Source: Candidatus Peregrinibacteria bacterium (GTDB lineage Bacteria; Patescibacteriota; Gracilibacteria; UBA1369; UM-FILTER-53-11). Taken from it: 64,000 nucleotides of DNA. This document shows positions 1 to 9,044 of this stretch, in pieces (within the stretch, counting starts at the first letter, position 1; every line of letters begins with the position of its first letter). The notes under the pieces were generated by a model. That model had not been told where the DNA came from and searched no databases. It saw only the letters and a list, made by a program, of their open reading frames with translations. Location: assembly GCA_016186205.1 (NCBI GenBank), contig JACPMA010000016.1, positions 30,978 through 94,977 of the forward strand. The letters are read 5' to 3'. The translations under genes and the position numbers were made by a program.

Positions 1-2
1 AG

Positions 3-326
3 ACGAATCACGCGGTTCTGCGGTACCGCGAGCCGGTCTATGATTCGATCCGCGAACTCGCCATGTCGTATTTTCATGAATATTTTACCGATGACGGCAA
101 AAAGACGCTCCGAAGCTACAGCGATCCGGTGGACCTAAAGCGATTCGACGGCCGCGGCTGGACGACTTCGCCAAAAGAAGTTTGGTACATCCCCGAATAT
201 CTTGCTGAAATTCCGCATCACAAAATTCTCACGCGCTCCCAAATCAGCAGACTGCGCAAAGCGGATCCGATTGAGATTAAAGTGGGGAAGATGCTGGAGT
301 TTCCACTTTCTGTTTTATCAAAATGA
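3..326 (+). CDS. C-terminal fragment of a hypothetical protein (5' end lies outside the window)
   Basis: The frame of ORF 63..326 stays open back to the window edge, with no stop from nt 3. No family recognised. Confidence 0.5.
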   Translation, partial: TNHAVLRYREPVYDSIRELAMSYFHEYFTDDGKKTLRSYSDPVDLKRFDGRGWTTSPKEVWYIPEYLAEIPHHKILTRSQISRLRKADPIEIKVGKMLEFPLSVLSK

Positions 327-1209
327 AAAGTCCGGCGATAATAATGAGCATGCCGGCGAGTTGATAAAGCGTGGGAATTTCGTGGAGCAGCGCCACGGCA
401 TACACGAGACTGAAAGCGGGTCCCGCGATTACGATCGCTGTTGATTTGCTCACGTCGAGCCGTTTTAATCCTTCAAACCATAGAAGTTTGGCAATGCCGA
501 GGAGCCCCAGTATAAGCCCTGCAAAAAGCGCGAGCTGTTTTTGATCGATCGCCAAAAACGCCTTCGCCAAAAACGCCTCCTGCGGCCATCCTTCCAAAAT
601 AAAACTTATAACAAGGAGCATGATTCCTCCGATAATTGTGCGTAAAAAAAGAACAATCGAAGGCTGCGCGAGCAAAAGCGCCTGTTTTGCATAATGATTT
701 CCAAATGGATAGAGAGCGGTGCCTGCAATAATAAGGAGATCTCCGAGCCTTAATTCGAACGTTCCATTATAAAGTACAGCGATCGTTCCGAGCAGCACGA
801 TCGTGCCGCCGACAATTTTTTGCCGAGTTATCGTTTCGCCGTAAAATAAGCCGGAAATGAGGAATGCGAAAAAGAGTTCGGTTTGATGGAGGAGCGTGGT
901 GTTGATGGCGGAGGTTTTGCTTGTTCCGACAAAAATGAGCGCAAGCGGCACGACTATATTAAACATAGTATTTCCAAAAATCGGCCCAAAAGCCTTGGCA
1001 TTGAAAATTTCACGTAGCCGGCGGGTCGCCGCGAGTATGAAAAATAACGCTATCGCAGTGATGAGTGTGGTGACGGCGGCCACAAGAATCGGTCGGAAAT
1101 TTTTTGCCGTGTAATTGGCAAGTATCGGCGCGAGCGCGTAAATTACCATGTAGCTCAAAAGGAATTTTTCGCCTATACCTAGCTGCATTTTTTCTTGTTT
1201 AGCTTGCAC
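277..1209 (-). CDS. EamA/DMT-family membrane transporter
   Basis: 310 aa, almost entirely hydrophobic helices in a two-halves arrangement typical of EamA transporters. The 3' end overlaps the convergent ORF by 50 nt. Confidence 0.6.
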   Translation of the reverse strand: MQAKQEKMQLGIGEKFLLSYMVIYALAPILANYTAKNFRPILVAAVTTLITAIALFFILAATRRLREIFNAKAFGPIFGNTMFNIVVPLALIFVGTSKTSAINTTLLHQTELFFAFLISGLFYGETITRQKIVGGTIVLLGTIAVLYNGTFELRLGDLLIIAGTALYPFGNHYAKQALLLAQPSIVLFLRTIIGGIMLLVISFILEGWPQEAFLAKAFLAIDQKQLALFAGLILGLLGIAKLLWFEGLKRLDVSKSTAIVIAGPAFSLVYAVALLHEIPTLYQLAGMLIIIAGLFILIKQKVETPASSPL

Positions 1210-1259
1210 GAACTTATTCTATCGGATAAAGTAATGCCTTAAAATCTAATCTCTTTTTT

Positions 1260-2303
1260 ATGTCTCCTACTACCCCCCCCTCTGAACAATTTGGATATGA
1301 CGATGCGGCGCGAGCCCGAGATCTCGTTATAGATAAATTGCGCGATAGGGGATTAGATGCCGAGAAAGTACAAGACGGGGTTATTCTTGGTTCCGGGCTT
1401 GGCGGTTTCCCGGATGATCACATGCATGCGTCCCGGAGAGGCCATGCGGACGGTCCGCTGGTTATTCCATTCGGGGAAATTTTAGATGCTTTAGAAGCTC
1501 CGACAGCTAGCACCGGCGTACAAGGCCATGCCCATGAACTTGTGATTGGTCCTTTGAGCAATACGGACGAAAGTCGTCTCGTGGTTGCCCAGAGCGGCCG
1601 CGAACATCCATACGAACGCGTTCCCATGCAACGGTCGGTATTTTGGCTGCGCGTTATGCAGCTTTTGGGTGTTAAAACGCTTTTTGGCTCCAATGCAGCC
1701 GGAATTGTAACGCCGCGCACTTTAGGAATTCCTTCTCTCATGCTTGTGAACAGCGACCGCGAAGCTGGAACAGATAATCCGCTTGTCGGCCCAAATGATG
1801 ATCGGTTTGGAGAACGCTTCCAGCACATGAATGATAAATATCCGCAAGCGTCGCGGGATTTGGTAAAAGCGGTTGCTGCGCGGCTTGGCATTCCGCTTGC
1901 AGAAGGTTTGCTTTTCCGCGAAATGGGACCGAGTTATGAAAGTCCGGAAACTATCTTAGAACTTCGAGGGCGTCTCCGGACAATTTGGCGCGAAGCGCAA
2001 GATCAACGCGGCGAAGATCGCTTCAGATATTCCTCGACCGGAGATCCTACTGGAATGGTCGGCATGTCTTCAACATTTGAACATACTGTTGTGCAGCACG
2101 CGGCTTATTCTCGCGTTCATCCTGCTTTTTATAAAGGCAGAGCGCATGTGGGCGTCGCTACAAACTATGCCGCAGGGATGGGGCCTGACGGTTTTGTTCC
2201 TCCGCCGAATCACGAAGAGGTGAAGACAAATGCCAAACTTGTTCAAGATCAATTCGGCCGGCTCGCGCGCGAGGTGATTTTGGAGTGGCGCAAAGCGGCG
2301 TAA
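1260..2303 (+). CDS. Purine nucleoside phosphorylase family protein (PNP/MTAP class)
   Basis: Motifs GSGLGG, QGHAHELVIG, SGREHPYE (cf. GRxHxYEG), GSNAAGI and VGMSSTFE, in the order expected for PNP/MTAP enzymes. Confidence 0.7.
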   Translation: MSPTTPPSEQFGYDDAARARDLVIDKLRDRGLDAEKVQDGVILGSGLGGFPDDHMHASRRGHADGPLVIPFGEILDALEAPTASTGVQGHAHELVIGPLSNTDESRLVVAQSGREHPYERVPMQRSVFWLRVMQLLGVKTLFGSNAAGIVTPRTLGIPSLMLVNSDREAGTDNPLVGPNDDRFGERFQHMNDKYPQASRDLVKAVAARLGIPLAEGLLFREMGPSYESPETILELRGRLRTIWREAQDQRGEDRFRYSSTGDPTGMVGMSSTFEHTVVQHAAYSRVHPAFYKGRAHVGVATNYAAGMGPDGFVPPPNHEEVKTNAKLVQDQFGRLAREVILEWRKAA

Positions 2304-2339
2304 GATTTTTTCGTGTGTTCCGTATTAAAAAGCAGAACC

Positions 2340-3146
2340 ATGAAAATCTTCGCCAAAATTTGTGCGCTTGTAGTTTCGTATTTGAGCCTTGCTGTTTGGG
2401 GCGTGTTTTTGATTTTGCCGCCTGCAGGCGCGAGCGAAGCTAAGGGCGATATCCCGGTGCTTATTGTTCCGCATCATCTTGTGGCCGATCGTCAGATTCA
2501 GGGCGGTTTTGCGGCCATTGCATCTATGCGAAAAAATAATCCGCCCAAGCGCATTATTCTTTTGGGACCAAATCATTATTTTCGCGGCAAGGCGGATGTA
2601 ATTACTGCGCGACATAATTGGAATACAAACGATGGAGATATCATTGCGGACACGGCTTTCATTGATTTCATGGTGAAGAAAAATTTCGCATCGCTTGAAG
2701 ACGGGGTTGCGGAGGGCGATCATTCCATCACAGCTCTTTTGCCTTTTATAGAGCGATATTTTCCGGATGCTGCTTTGGTCCCGCTTATAATGCGCGAACC
2801 AATGCTGCGCAAAAACACTGAAAAGCTCGCGCAGTTTTTCAATGAACAGCTCGGGCCGGAAACTCTTCTCATAGTTTCCGCTGATTTTTCGCATTACTTT
2901 CCGAAAGAAATCGCCGAAGCGCATGACAAAGAATCGCTCGCAGCGCTCCAAACGCTCGACATGGATTTTATAGAAAAGCGGATGGACATAGATGCGCGGC
3001 AAATTCTTATGGTCGTTGCCGACTATCTAAAACTCAAAGGCGGCGCGAAATTTACGATGCTTTTTCATACGAACTCGGCTGATTTGACCGCGAACCCATA
3101 CGAAAAATCCACGACGAGCCATTTTGTCGGGTTCTATGAGCTATAA
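2340..3146 (+). CDS. MEMO1 / AmmeMemoRadiSam system protein B-like, membrane-anchored
   Basis: Start moved to ATG 2340 (MKIFAKICALVV... hydrophobic anchor). Motifs VPHH, GPNH and SADFSHY are typical of the Memo family. Confidence 0.6.
   Translation: MKIFAKICALVVSYLSLAVWGVFLILPPAGASEAKGDIPVLIVPHHLVADRQIQGGFAAIASMRKNNPPKRIILLGPNHYFRGKADVITARHNWNTNDGDIIADTAFIDFMVKKNFASLEDGVAEGDHSITALLPFIERYFPDAALVPLIMREPMLRKNTEKLAQFFNEQLGPETLLIVSADFSHYFPKEIAEAHDKESLAALQTLDMDFIEKRMDIDARQILMVVADYLKLKGGAKFTMLFHTNSADLTANPYEKSTTSHFVGFYEL
2427..2449. repeat. Short (internally deleted) copy of the GGCGCGAGCGAAGC...GGGCGA repeat family, in frame in the Memo-like gene
   Basis: GGCGCGAGCGAAGCTAAGGGCGA matches the two ends of the 49179-49231 copy. 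Encodes GASEAKGD just after the membrane anchor. Confidence 0.45.
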
Positions 3147-3158
3147 TGAGCATTGTGT

Positions 3159-3704
3159 ATGTCGGAATTAAATGAAGAGCTTCTTGTTGAGAAAGCGAAA
3201 ACCGATCAGGCCTCCTTCTCGCAGCTCTACGAAATGTACCTTCCAAAAATTTTCGCCTATGTTACGCGGCGCATTGGCAATAGGGATGAAGCGGAAGATC
3301 TCACATCAAACATTTTTGTGCGGGTGCTCGAAAATATGAAAAAATTCGATCCGAAAAAAAGCAGTTTCAAAACCTGGATTTATACGATCGCCACTCGCAT
3401 GATGATCGATTATTTCCGCACTCATAAGAAAAAACGCACAGAAAGCATTGAAATGGCGGAGACGATTTCCGATCCTCAAAAAAATCCCCATGAACAAGCG
3501 CAGGAAAATCAGCAGCGCCAAAAAGTGCTTTCGGTTATTGATCAGCTTTCCGACCGCCATCAACGCATTTTGATGCTCAAGTATTTCAGCGGCCTTGAAA
3601 CTCCCGAACTTGCGCTTGCGCTCGGCGTTACGGAAAATAATGCCTCGGTGATTGTTCATCGCGCTCTTAAAGATTTTCAAACAACTTATCAACGCTATGT
3701 TTAA
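3159..3704 (+). CDS. ECF-type RNA polymerase sigma-70 family factor
   Basis: ATG at 3159. Region 2 (EDLTSNIFVRV, FKTWIYTIA) and region 4 HTH (LKYFSGLETPELALALGVTENNASVIVHRAL). Confidence 0.8.
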   Translation: MSELNEELLVEKAKTDQASFSQLYEMYLPKIFAYVTRRIGNRDEAEDLTSNIFVRVLENMKKFDPKKSSFKTWIYTIATRMMIDYFRTHKKKRTESIEMAETISDPQKNPHEQAQENQQRQKVLSVIDQLSDRHQRILMLKYFSGLETPELALALGVTENNASVIVHRALKDFQTTYQRYV

Positions 3705-6700
3705 CTTCCTTTCAAAAATTTGGCGTAAGAATCGGCAGATTCCTTCGTATGAGGAGAGTGAAAAACTTCTTATTTCTTCACTCCTTCCTCCTATGAAACC
3801 TACGGATCAATTTAAAGCCGTCCTTAAAGAGCAGCTTTTGAATCGCTTTCCGGAAGCTAAGTCAGCGGTTAAATCGTTTTTCGGCCGCAAATTTATTTTC
3901 TCGGGCGCAGCCGCGCTCTTAATTCTTCTTGCTGTAGGATCGACGGTGTATTTTCTTCCAAAATCATTCGGGCCGCCGCAAGTGCCTATTGTGAGAGCGA
4001 GCAGCCAGTATGTTGCGGTGAATTTTCCGATCAGAGTTGCATTTCCGTATGATATTGCTGCCGAAACTGTTCAAAAATATTTTTCAATCAAGCCGAGCCA
4101 CAGCGAGGCTAAGCAAATAACGCGCCCGCAGGGCGCAACCGCTTGGCCAGAGATAGAAGGAACAGTGTCAGTGGAAAACGGCGTACTTACATTCAGCCAC
4201 CCGAAAAATCTCGAATATGAAACGGAATATACTTTGAAAGTTTCAAAAGAGGCTTCATCGAAAATGGAGCAAGATTTTACGATTTCTTTCACTACGCGCG
4301 CTCGCTTGGTATCGGAATTTTATCTTGCCTCGCGCATAGATATGGCGCATTCCACTGTGAATTTTTATGATCTCAAGCCGAAAGTGTTCATCAATATGCC
4401 GTATGACGGGAACTATACGGCGCGTATTTACAAAACTTCTGCAGATGGACTTTTGGATTATATTGCAGCGACGGAAAAAAATGCTTCACAAGGAAAAATG
4501 AATGACGATAATACGTTTAAAGCTTTGAAGAAGAATTTATTGGAAGAGCAAAAAGTAGTCGTGAAGCCGAATTTTGTGTATGAACCGGGGATTCAAGAAG
4601 CCGGCATGTATTTTGTTGAGATGACCGGCAAGCCCAAAACTGAGTATGACGAAGGCGTATATCGGTTTTTTATCACAGACAGTCGGTATGCTTTGAGCAC
4701 AAAACGCCTCGGAACGAAACTTGTGACATGGATGGTGGATATGCAAACCGGCGCAGGTATTCCGGATGCCAAAGTGACCGGCTACAGCCTTGATCGCACT
4801 GTTGTCTTTGAAGGAAAAACGAATGCAAACGGCATTCATGAGCAGGAAGTCGGACTGGATTTTGAAAAACAGCCAAGCGCGCTTGTGTTTGATACCGGTT
4901 CCGAGCGCGTTGTGAATATGGTGCGCGTAAAATATCGAAGCATCTTCGACGTTGATTGGAGTAATCGGCAGCAGCCGTATCAGGGATATGTTATGTTTGA
5001 TCGACCCCTCTACAAGCCCGGCGATACTGTGCAGTTCAAAACGCTTCTGCGCAAAACAGGCGAAACTAATTATGACGGTTCCATCAAAACCGCACATATC
5101 GAAGTTAGACGGAGCAATTATGGGGAAGCTTCAGACACGCTTTTCAAAAATGATTATAGCGTGAGCAGAACCGGAACTTTTGCCGGCGATTTTCCGCTCA
5201 ATAAAGAATTAAAAACAGGCGAATATAGTCTCACGGTAAAAGTCGGCGACAAGGAAATCATTTCGGAATGGTTTGGCGTGGAGGTTTTTCAAAAGCCGGA
5301 TTTTGAAGTCGCGGTTAAACCGGATCAAGAAGCATATGTTTCCGGCGATACTGTAAAAGTGGATGTTTCGGCGAATTATTTCTTCGGCGCAGCTGTGAAA
5401 AATCAAAAGGTGACCGTTAGCATTGAGGATACTTATTATTATAGAGGTTCGGTTGCTACCAAAGATGGCGTGCTGGACAGCAGCGGGCATTTTAAAGCGG
5501 TTTTTGAAGACTTCCGTTCCTCAAAGGAAAATGATTCTTATTGGGGGTATGGCGCGGAGGGCCAGCCTTTTACGATTCGTGCAACTGTCAACGAAGATAC
5601 CGGAAAAACATTTTCCAAGAGTTCATCGATTTATCTTTATCCATCGCAGTACACGCTTAAAATTGAAGAACCGCAGGCGCTCTGGAATTTGAAGCCGCGC
5701 GAAAAAATTCCATTTACTTTCCGGGTTGCACGCGCGCTCGACAAGAGCGAAATGAACGGTGTGGCAGGCGCAAAAATAAAGCTTGATCTTGTGGACCGGT
5801 CATGGGATCGAACGCTCATGAGCCTGAACGAAAAACACCTTCTTCCAACGGATACGACGATTACAACCGATTCATTCGGCAAGGCAAAATTTGAATTTGA
5901 ATTTCCGGTCGGCGGTTCATATCAGCTTATTGCTTCTTCTCCGGATCCGAAGGGCAATACAGCGGAATTCAAGGAATATTTCTGGATTCCCGATGCGGAA
6001 AATAACATATTTTATGACGCGTCATTGCCGCAAGCCACAGCGCAAATCGCGTTGGTGCCTGACAAAGAGTCATACAAAGCCGGCGAAACCGCGAAAGTAA
6101 AAGTTTATACGCCGCAGGAAGAAGGCGACATGTTTGTGAGCGTTAATACGAAGAGCATGCGCCGGATGTTCGTGCAAAAACTTTCCGGAAGCGATCATGA
6201 ACTCGAAATTTCCGTTACGGAAGATCTTGCGCCCGGTTTTTTCATCTTTGCGGAGGTGTATAACAGCGATACATTTTTTACAGGCACGCGCTTTATTGAA
6301 GTCACTGGCAAAAAGTTGTCTGTGGAAATTATGCCGTCGCAGAAACAATTGTATCCCAAAGATGAAGTTACTCTTTCTGTAATAACCAAAGATGAAAACG
6401 GAAATCCTGTGTCTTCCGAAGGCGCACTGACCGTTGTTGATAAAGCGCTTCTTGCGCTGCGCGCTGCCAATGACAAAACGCTCTTCGATAGTTTTTATGT
6501 GCGGCCGAGCGAATATAACATGAGCCGGTTTACCACGACGGATCCGTTTTCCGTTGGCGCAGCGGAAAAAGGCGGTTGTTTCTTGCCAGGCACGCTCATT
6601 TTGATGGCTGACGGATCGCAGAAACCGATTGAAGAAATCCGCGTTGGCGATGTGATTCTTACGAAAGCAGATGATTTTTCTTCACAGCTTGTAAAAGATA

Positions 6701-9003
6701 CTGTCGTGCGGACATTTGAACATACGGTCGGCGAGTATCTTGTGATTAACGGCTCGTTGAAGGTCACGCCGATCCATCGAATGTTTGCGAATGGCGGCTG
6801 GAAGACAGCCGGCGAAGTTCGTCTGGGCGATTGGTTTTTGGATTACCGCGGCCGGCAAGTTTTCGTCACCTCTCTTGAAAAAACATACAACCGCGTGAAG
6901 GTTTACAACTTCGAAACAGAACGTCTCCACACTTATTTTGCCGACGGCATCTACGTTCACAACGACAAAGGCGGAGACAGCCGGCCGCGCACCGAATTCC
7001 TTGATACGGCTTACTGGAATGCTTTTGTGGAAACGGGCTCGGATGGAAAAGGATCGGTTACATTTAAAGTGCCGGATAATCTCACCACATGGGTGGCGCT
7101 TGGGAAAAATATCACAACTGATACGAAAGTCGGCGAAGGCGAAAACGAATTTATTGTGACAAAAGATCTTTTCATCCGGCCGAATCTTCCTTTATTTGTC
7201 CGCAGCGGCGATGAAATGGAAATCGAAGCGCCGGTGCATAATACGACTAATCGCGACCTCGCCGTGAAGGCTTTGATAAAGGCGACAGGCGCAACTGTTT
7301 TGAATGAAACCCTTCAAGAAATTTCCGTTTCTGCGAATTCCTCAAAATCCGTTCGCTGGAAGGTGCGCGTGGATGAAGTTAAGGAACTTAAATTTGAATT
7401 TTCCGTGAATGAAGTTGGCGGAAAACTCGTTGATAATCTCGTGCAAAAAGTGGCGGTCTATCCTTCTACTTCTCTAGATAACACCGTGCTCACGGGCGCA
7501 GCGCCAAAGAAATTGGATTTTGTTTTTGATGCTGATTCGCCGTACAGCAACGCGACCCTTACTCTTGCTGCTTCCGCGGTCGGCATTCTTCCGGAAATTA
7601 TTGAAAAACTCACAGGTTTTCCATACGGCTGCGTTGAACAAACCATGAGCAAGCATCTTCCGAATGTACTGGTAAAGAAGTACAGCGAATTGCTCGGCGT
7701 TTCATTGCCGTCCGATCTTGATAAAAGTTTAGAAGAAGGATTTGAGCGTTTGCGGAAATACCAGCACAATGACGGTTCATTTGGCTGGTGGGAAAACGAT
7801 AATGCGAGCATTTGGATGACAGGTTATGTTTTGGAAGGATTTTTGGAGATTAAAGACATGGGGCTTTTGGCCGGCCGCGAATCAATGTATCAAAGAACGC
7901 TTGAATATTTGAAAAACGCGCTTCCAAATTTGAAAGCCGATGAACGCATTTATGCGAATTACGTTTTGGCCCGCGCGCTACCTAAAGATTTTCTGCTCGA
8001 AATTGACGAAGAAGAACTTCGAAGTTTACAGCCTGAATTTCTTGGATACGTTGCACTCGCGCATCATTACAACGGCAATAAAGAAGAAGCCCAGCGCATA
8101 GTAAAAGATTATATTTTGAAAAAACTTGAAGATAGCCATTGGGAACAGCCTGATAATTTGTATGATGGTCACGATCTCTCCATGGGCGATAAATATCTTG
8201 CAACCGGCGTGAATCTTTCCGCGCTCCTTACAATCGGCGGCGCGCAGGAATCAGAGATCCGCGAAATCGTGCAATGGCTTATGACTCATCGAAACGGCTA
8301 CGAAGGCTTGTGGGGATCCACGCGCCAAAGCAGCCAGGTGCTTTTCGCGCTCTTAAAATTCATTCAGAAATACAATGAGTTTGATCCAAATTTTGACTAC
8401 GCGATAACGCTTGGCAACGAAAAATTATTCGACGGAAAAGCAAACGGCAAAAACTTTTCCAAGAAAATCGAAATTCCGTCTAAAAAACTTTCCGCAAAAA
8501 ATGCGCTCGAAATTTCTTCCAGCGGGAAAGGAACGCTTTATTACACGCTTTCCGTGAAGAATTATACAGGCGCCGCATCAGCATCGGATGAAATCAAGGT
8601 AAGCCGCAGCTATATGAAGGACGGAAAAGCCGTGAAAGAATTTTCCGTGGGCGATGTGCTCGAAGTGCGCCTTGATGTCGAAAGTCCGAAAGACCTCACG
8701 TATGTGATGGTGGAAGATATGCTTCCGGCAGGATTTGATGTCATCAATGACCGCCTCCAACGCGATAATCAATATGGCTATGATTATTACGAAGGTGGAT
8801 ATTATTGGAGCGATGAAGTTGATATCCGCGACGAACACGTGGCGCTTTTCAGCTCCTATGTTTCCGCAGGCCGCCGCGCTTTCAGCTACCGAGTCCGCGT
8901 TTCCCGCAAAGGAACTTACAGCGCGCCTGCTCCAAAAGTCACGCCAATGTATGATCCGCAGCTTATGGGCGTTGGTACAAAGGAAACGCTTGCTATCCGT
9001 TAA
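3697..9003 (+). CDS. Membrane-anchored alpha-2-macroglobulin family protein with a thioester motif and an inserted Hint domain
   Basis: ATG 3697 overlaps the sigma stop codon (ATGTTTAA). N-terminal segment of about 75 aa, then one TM helix (FIFSGAAALLILLAVGSTVYFL). Repeated MG-like beta domains, thioester PYGCVEQT (CVEQ at 7630-7641), and the post-bait signature TEFLDTAYWNAFVETGSDGKGSVTFKVPDNLTTW. Confidence 0.8.
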   Translation: MFNFLSKIWRKNRQIPSYEESEKLLISSLLPPMKPTDQFKAVLKEQLLNRFPEAKSAVKSFFGRKFIFSGAAALLILLAVGSTVYFLPKSFGPPQVPIVRASSQYVAVNFPIRVAFPYDIAAETVQKYFSIKPSHSEAKQITRPQGATAWPEIEGTVSVENGVLTFSHPKNLEYETEYTLKVSKEASSKMEQDFTISFTTRARLVSEFYLASRIDMAHSTVNFYDLKPKVFINMPYDGNYTARIYKTSADGLLDYIAATEKNASQGKMNDDNTFKALKKNLLEEQKVVVKPNFVYEPGIQEAGMYFVEMTGKPKTEYDEGVYRFFITDSRYALSTKRLGTKLVTWMVDMQTGAGIPDAKVTGYSLDRTVVFEGKTNANGIHEQEVGLDFEKQPSALVFDTGSERVVNMVRVKYRSIFDVDWSNRQQPYQGYVMFDRPLYKPGDTVQFKTLLRKTGETNYDGSIKTAHIEVRRSNYGEASDTLFKNDYSVSRTGTFAGDFPLNKELKTGEYSLTVKVGDKEIISEWFGVEVFQKPDFEVAVKPDQEAYVSGDTVKVDVSANYFFGAAVKNQKVTVSIEDTYYYRGSVATKDGVLDSSGHFKAVFEDFRSSKENDSYWGYGAEGQPFTIRATVNEDTGKTFSKSSSIYLYPSQYTLKIEEPQALWNLKPREKIPFTFRVARALDKSEMNGVAGAKIKLDLVDRSWDRTLMSLNEKHLLPTDTTITTDSFGKAKFEFEFPVGGSYQLIASSPDPKGNTAEFKEYFWIPDAENNIFYDASLPQATAQIALVPDKESYKAGETAKVKVYTPQEEGDMFVSVNTKSMRRMFVQKLSGSDHELEISVTEDLAPGFFIFAEVYNSDTFFTGTRFIEVTGKKLSVEIMPSQKQLYPKDEVTLSVITKDENGNPVSSEGALTVVDKALLALRAANDKTLFDSFYVRPSEYNMSRFTTTDPFSVGAAEKGGCFLPGTLILMADGSQKPIEEIRVGDVILTKADDFSSQLVKDTVVRTFEHTVGEYLVINGSLKVTPIHRMFANGGWKTAGEVRLGDWFLDYRGRQVFVTSLEKTYNRVKVYNFETERLHTYFADGIYVHNDKGGDSRPRTEFLDTAYWNAFVETGSDGKGSVTFKVPDNLTTWVALGKNITTDTKVGEGENEFIVTKDLFIRPNLPLFVRSGDEMEIEAPVHNTTNRDLAVKALIKATGATVLNETLQEISVSANSSKSVRWKVRVDEVKELKFEFSVNEVGGKLVDNLVQKVAVYPSTSLDNTVLTGAAPKKLDFVFDADSPYSNATLTLAASAVGILPEIIEKLTGFPYGCVEQTMSKHLPNVLVKKYSELLGVSLPSDLDKSLEEGFERLRKYQHNDGSFGWWENDNASIWMTGYVLEGFLEIKDMGLLAGRESMYQRTLEYLKNALPNLKADERIYANYVLARALPKDFLLEIDEEELRSLQPEFLGYVALAHHYNGNKEEAQRIVKDYILKKLEDSHWEQPDNLYDGHDLSMGDKYLATGVNLSALLTIGGAQESEIREIVQWLMTHRNGYEGLWGSTRQSSQVLFALLKFIQKYNEFDPNFDYAITLGNEKLFDGKANGKNFSKKIEIPSKKLSAKNALEISSSGKGTLYYTLSVKNYTGAASASDEIKVSRSYMKDGKAVKEFSVGDVLEVRLDVESPKDLTYVMVEDMLPAGFDVINDRLQRDNQYGYDYYEGGYYWSDEVDIRDEHVALFSSYVSAGRRAFSYRVRVSRKGTYSAPAPKVTPMYDPQLMGVGTKETLAIR
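4091..4140. repeat. Copy of the repeat family inside the A2M gene (in frame)
   Basis: TAAGCAAATAACGCGCCCGCAGGGCGCAACC differs at one position from the intergenic copy at 58398-58428. Encodes SHSEAKQITRPQGAT. Confidence 0.7.
6577..6963 (+). other. Hint / bacterial intein-like (BIL) mini-domain, 129 aa, embedded in the A2M bait region
   Basis: Block A CFLPGTLILMADG (Cys1 codon 6577-6579), block B LKVTPIH (TxxH), blocks F/G VYNFETERLHTYFADGIYVHN (terminal Asn codon 6961-6963). The next residue is Asp, not Cys/Ser/Thr. Confidence 0.8.
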
Positions 9004-9044
9004 TAATTAGCATAAATATGAGCATGTATTTTTAATTTTTATTT

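Noticed and set aside
6577-6966. Calling the Hint module a canonical self-splicing intein
   Set aside because: The +1 residue after the terminal Asn is Asp (GAC 6964-6966), so the transesterification step of standard splicing lacks a nucleophile. Reported instead as a Hint/BIL-type domain.
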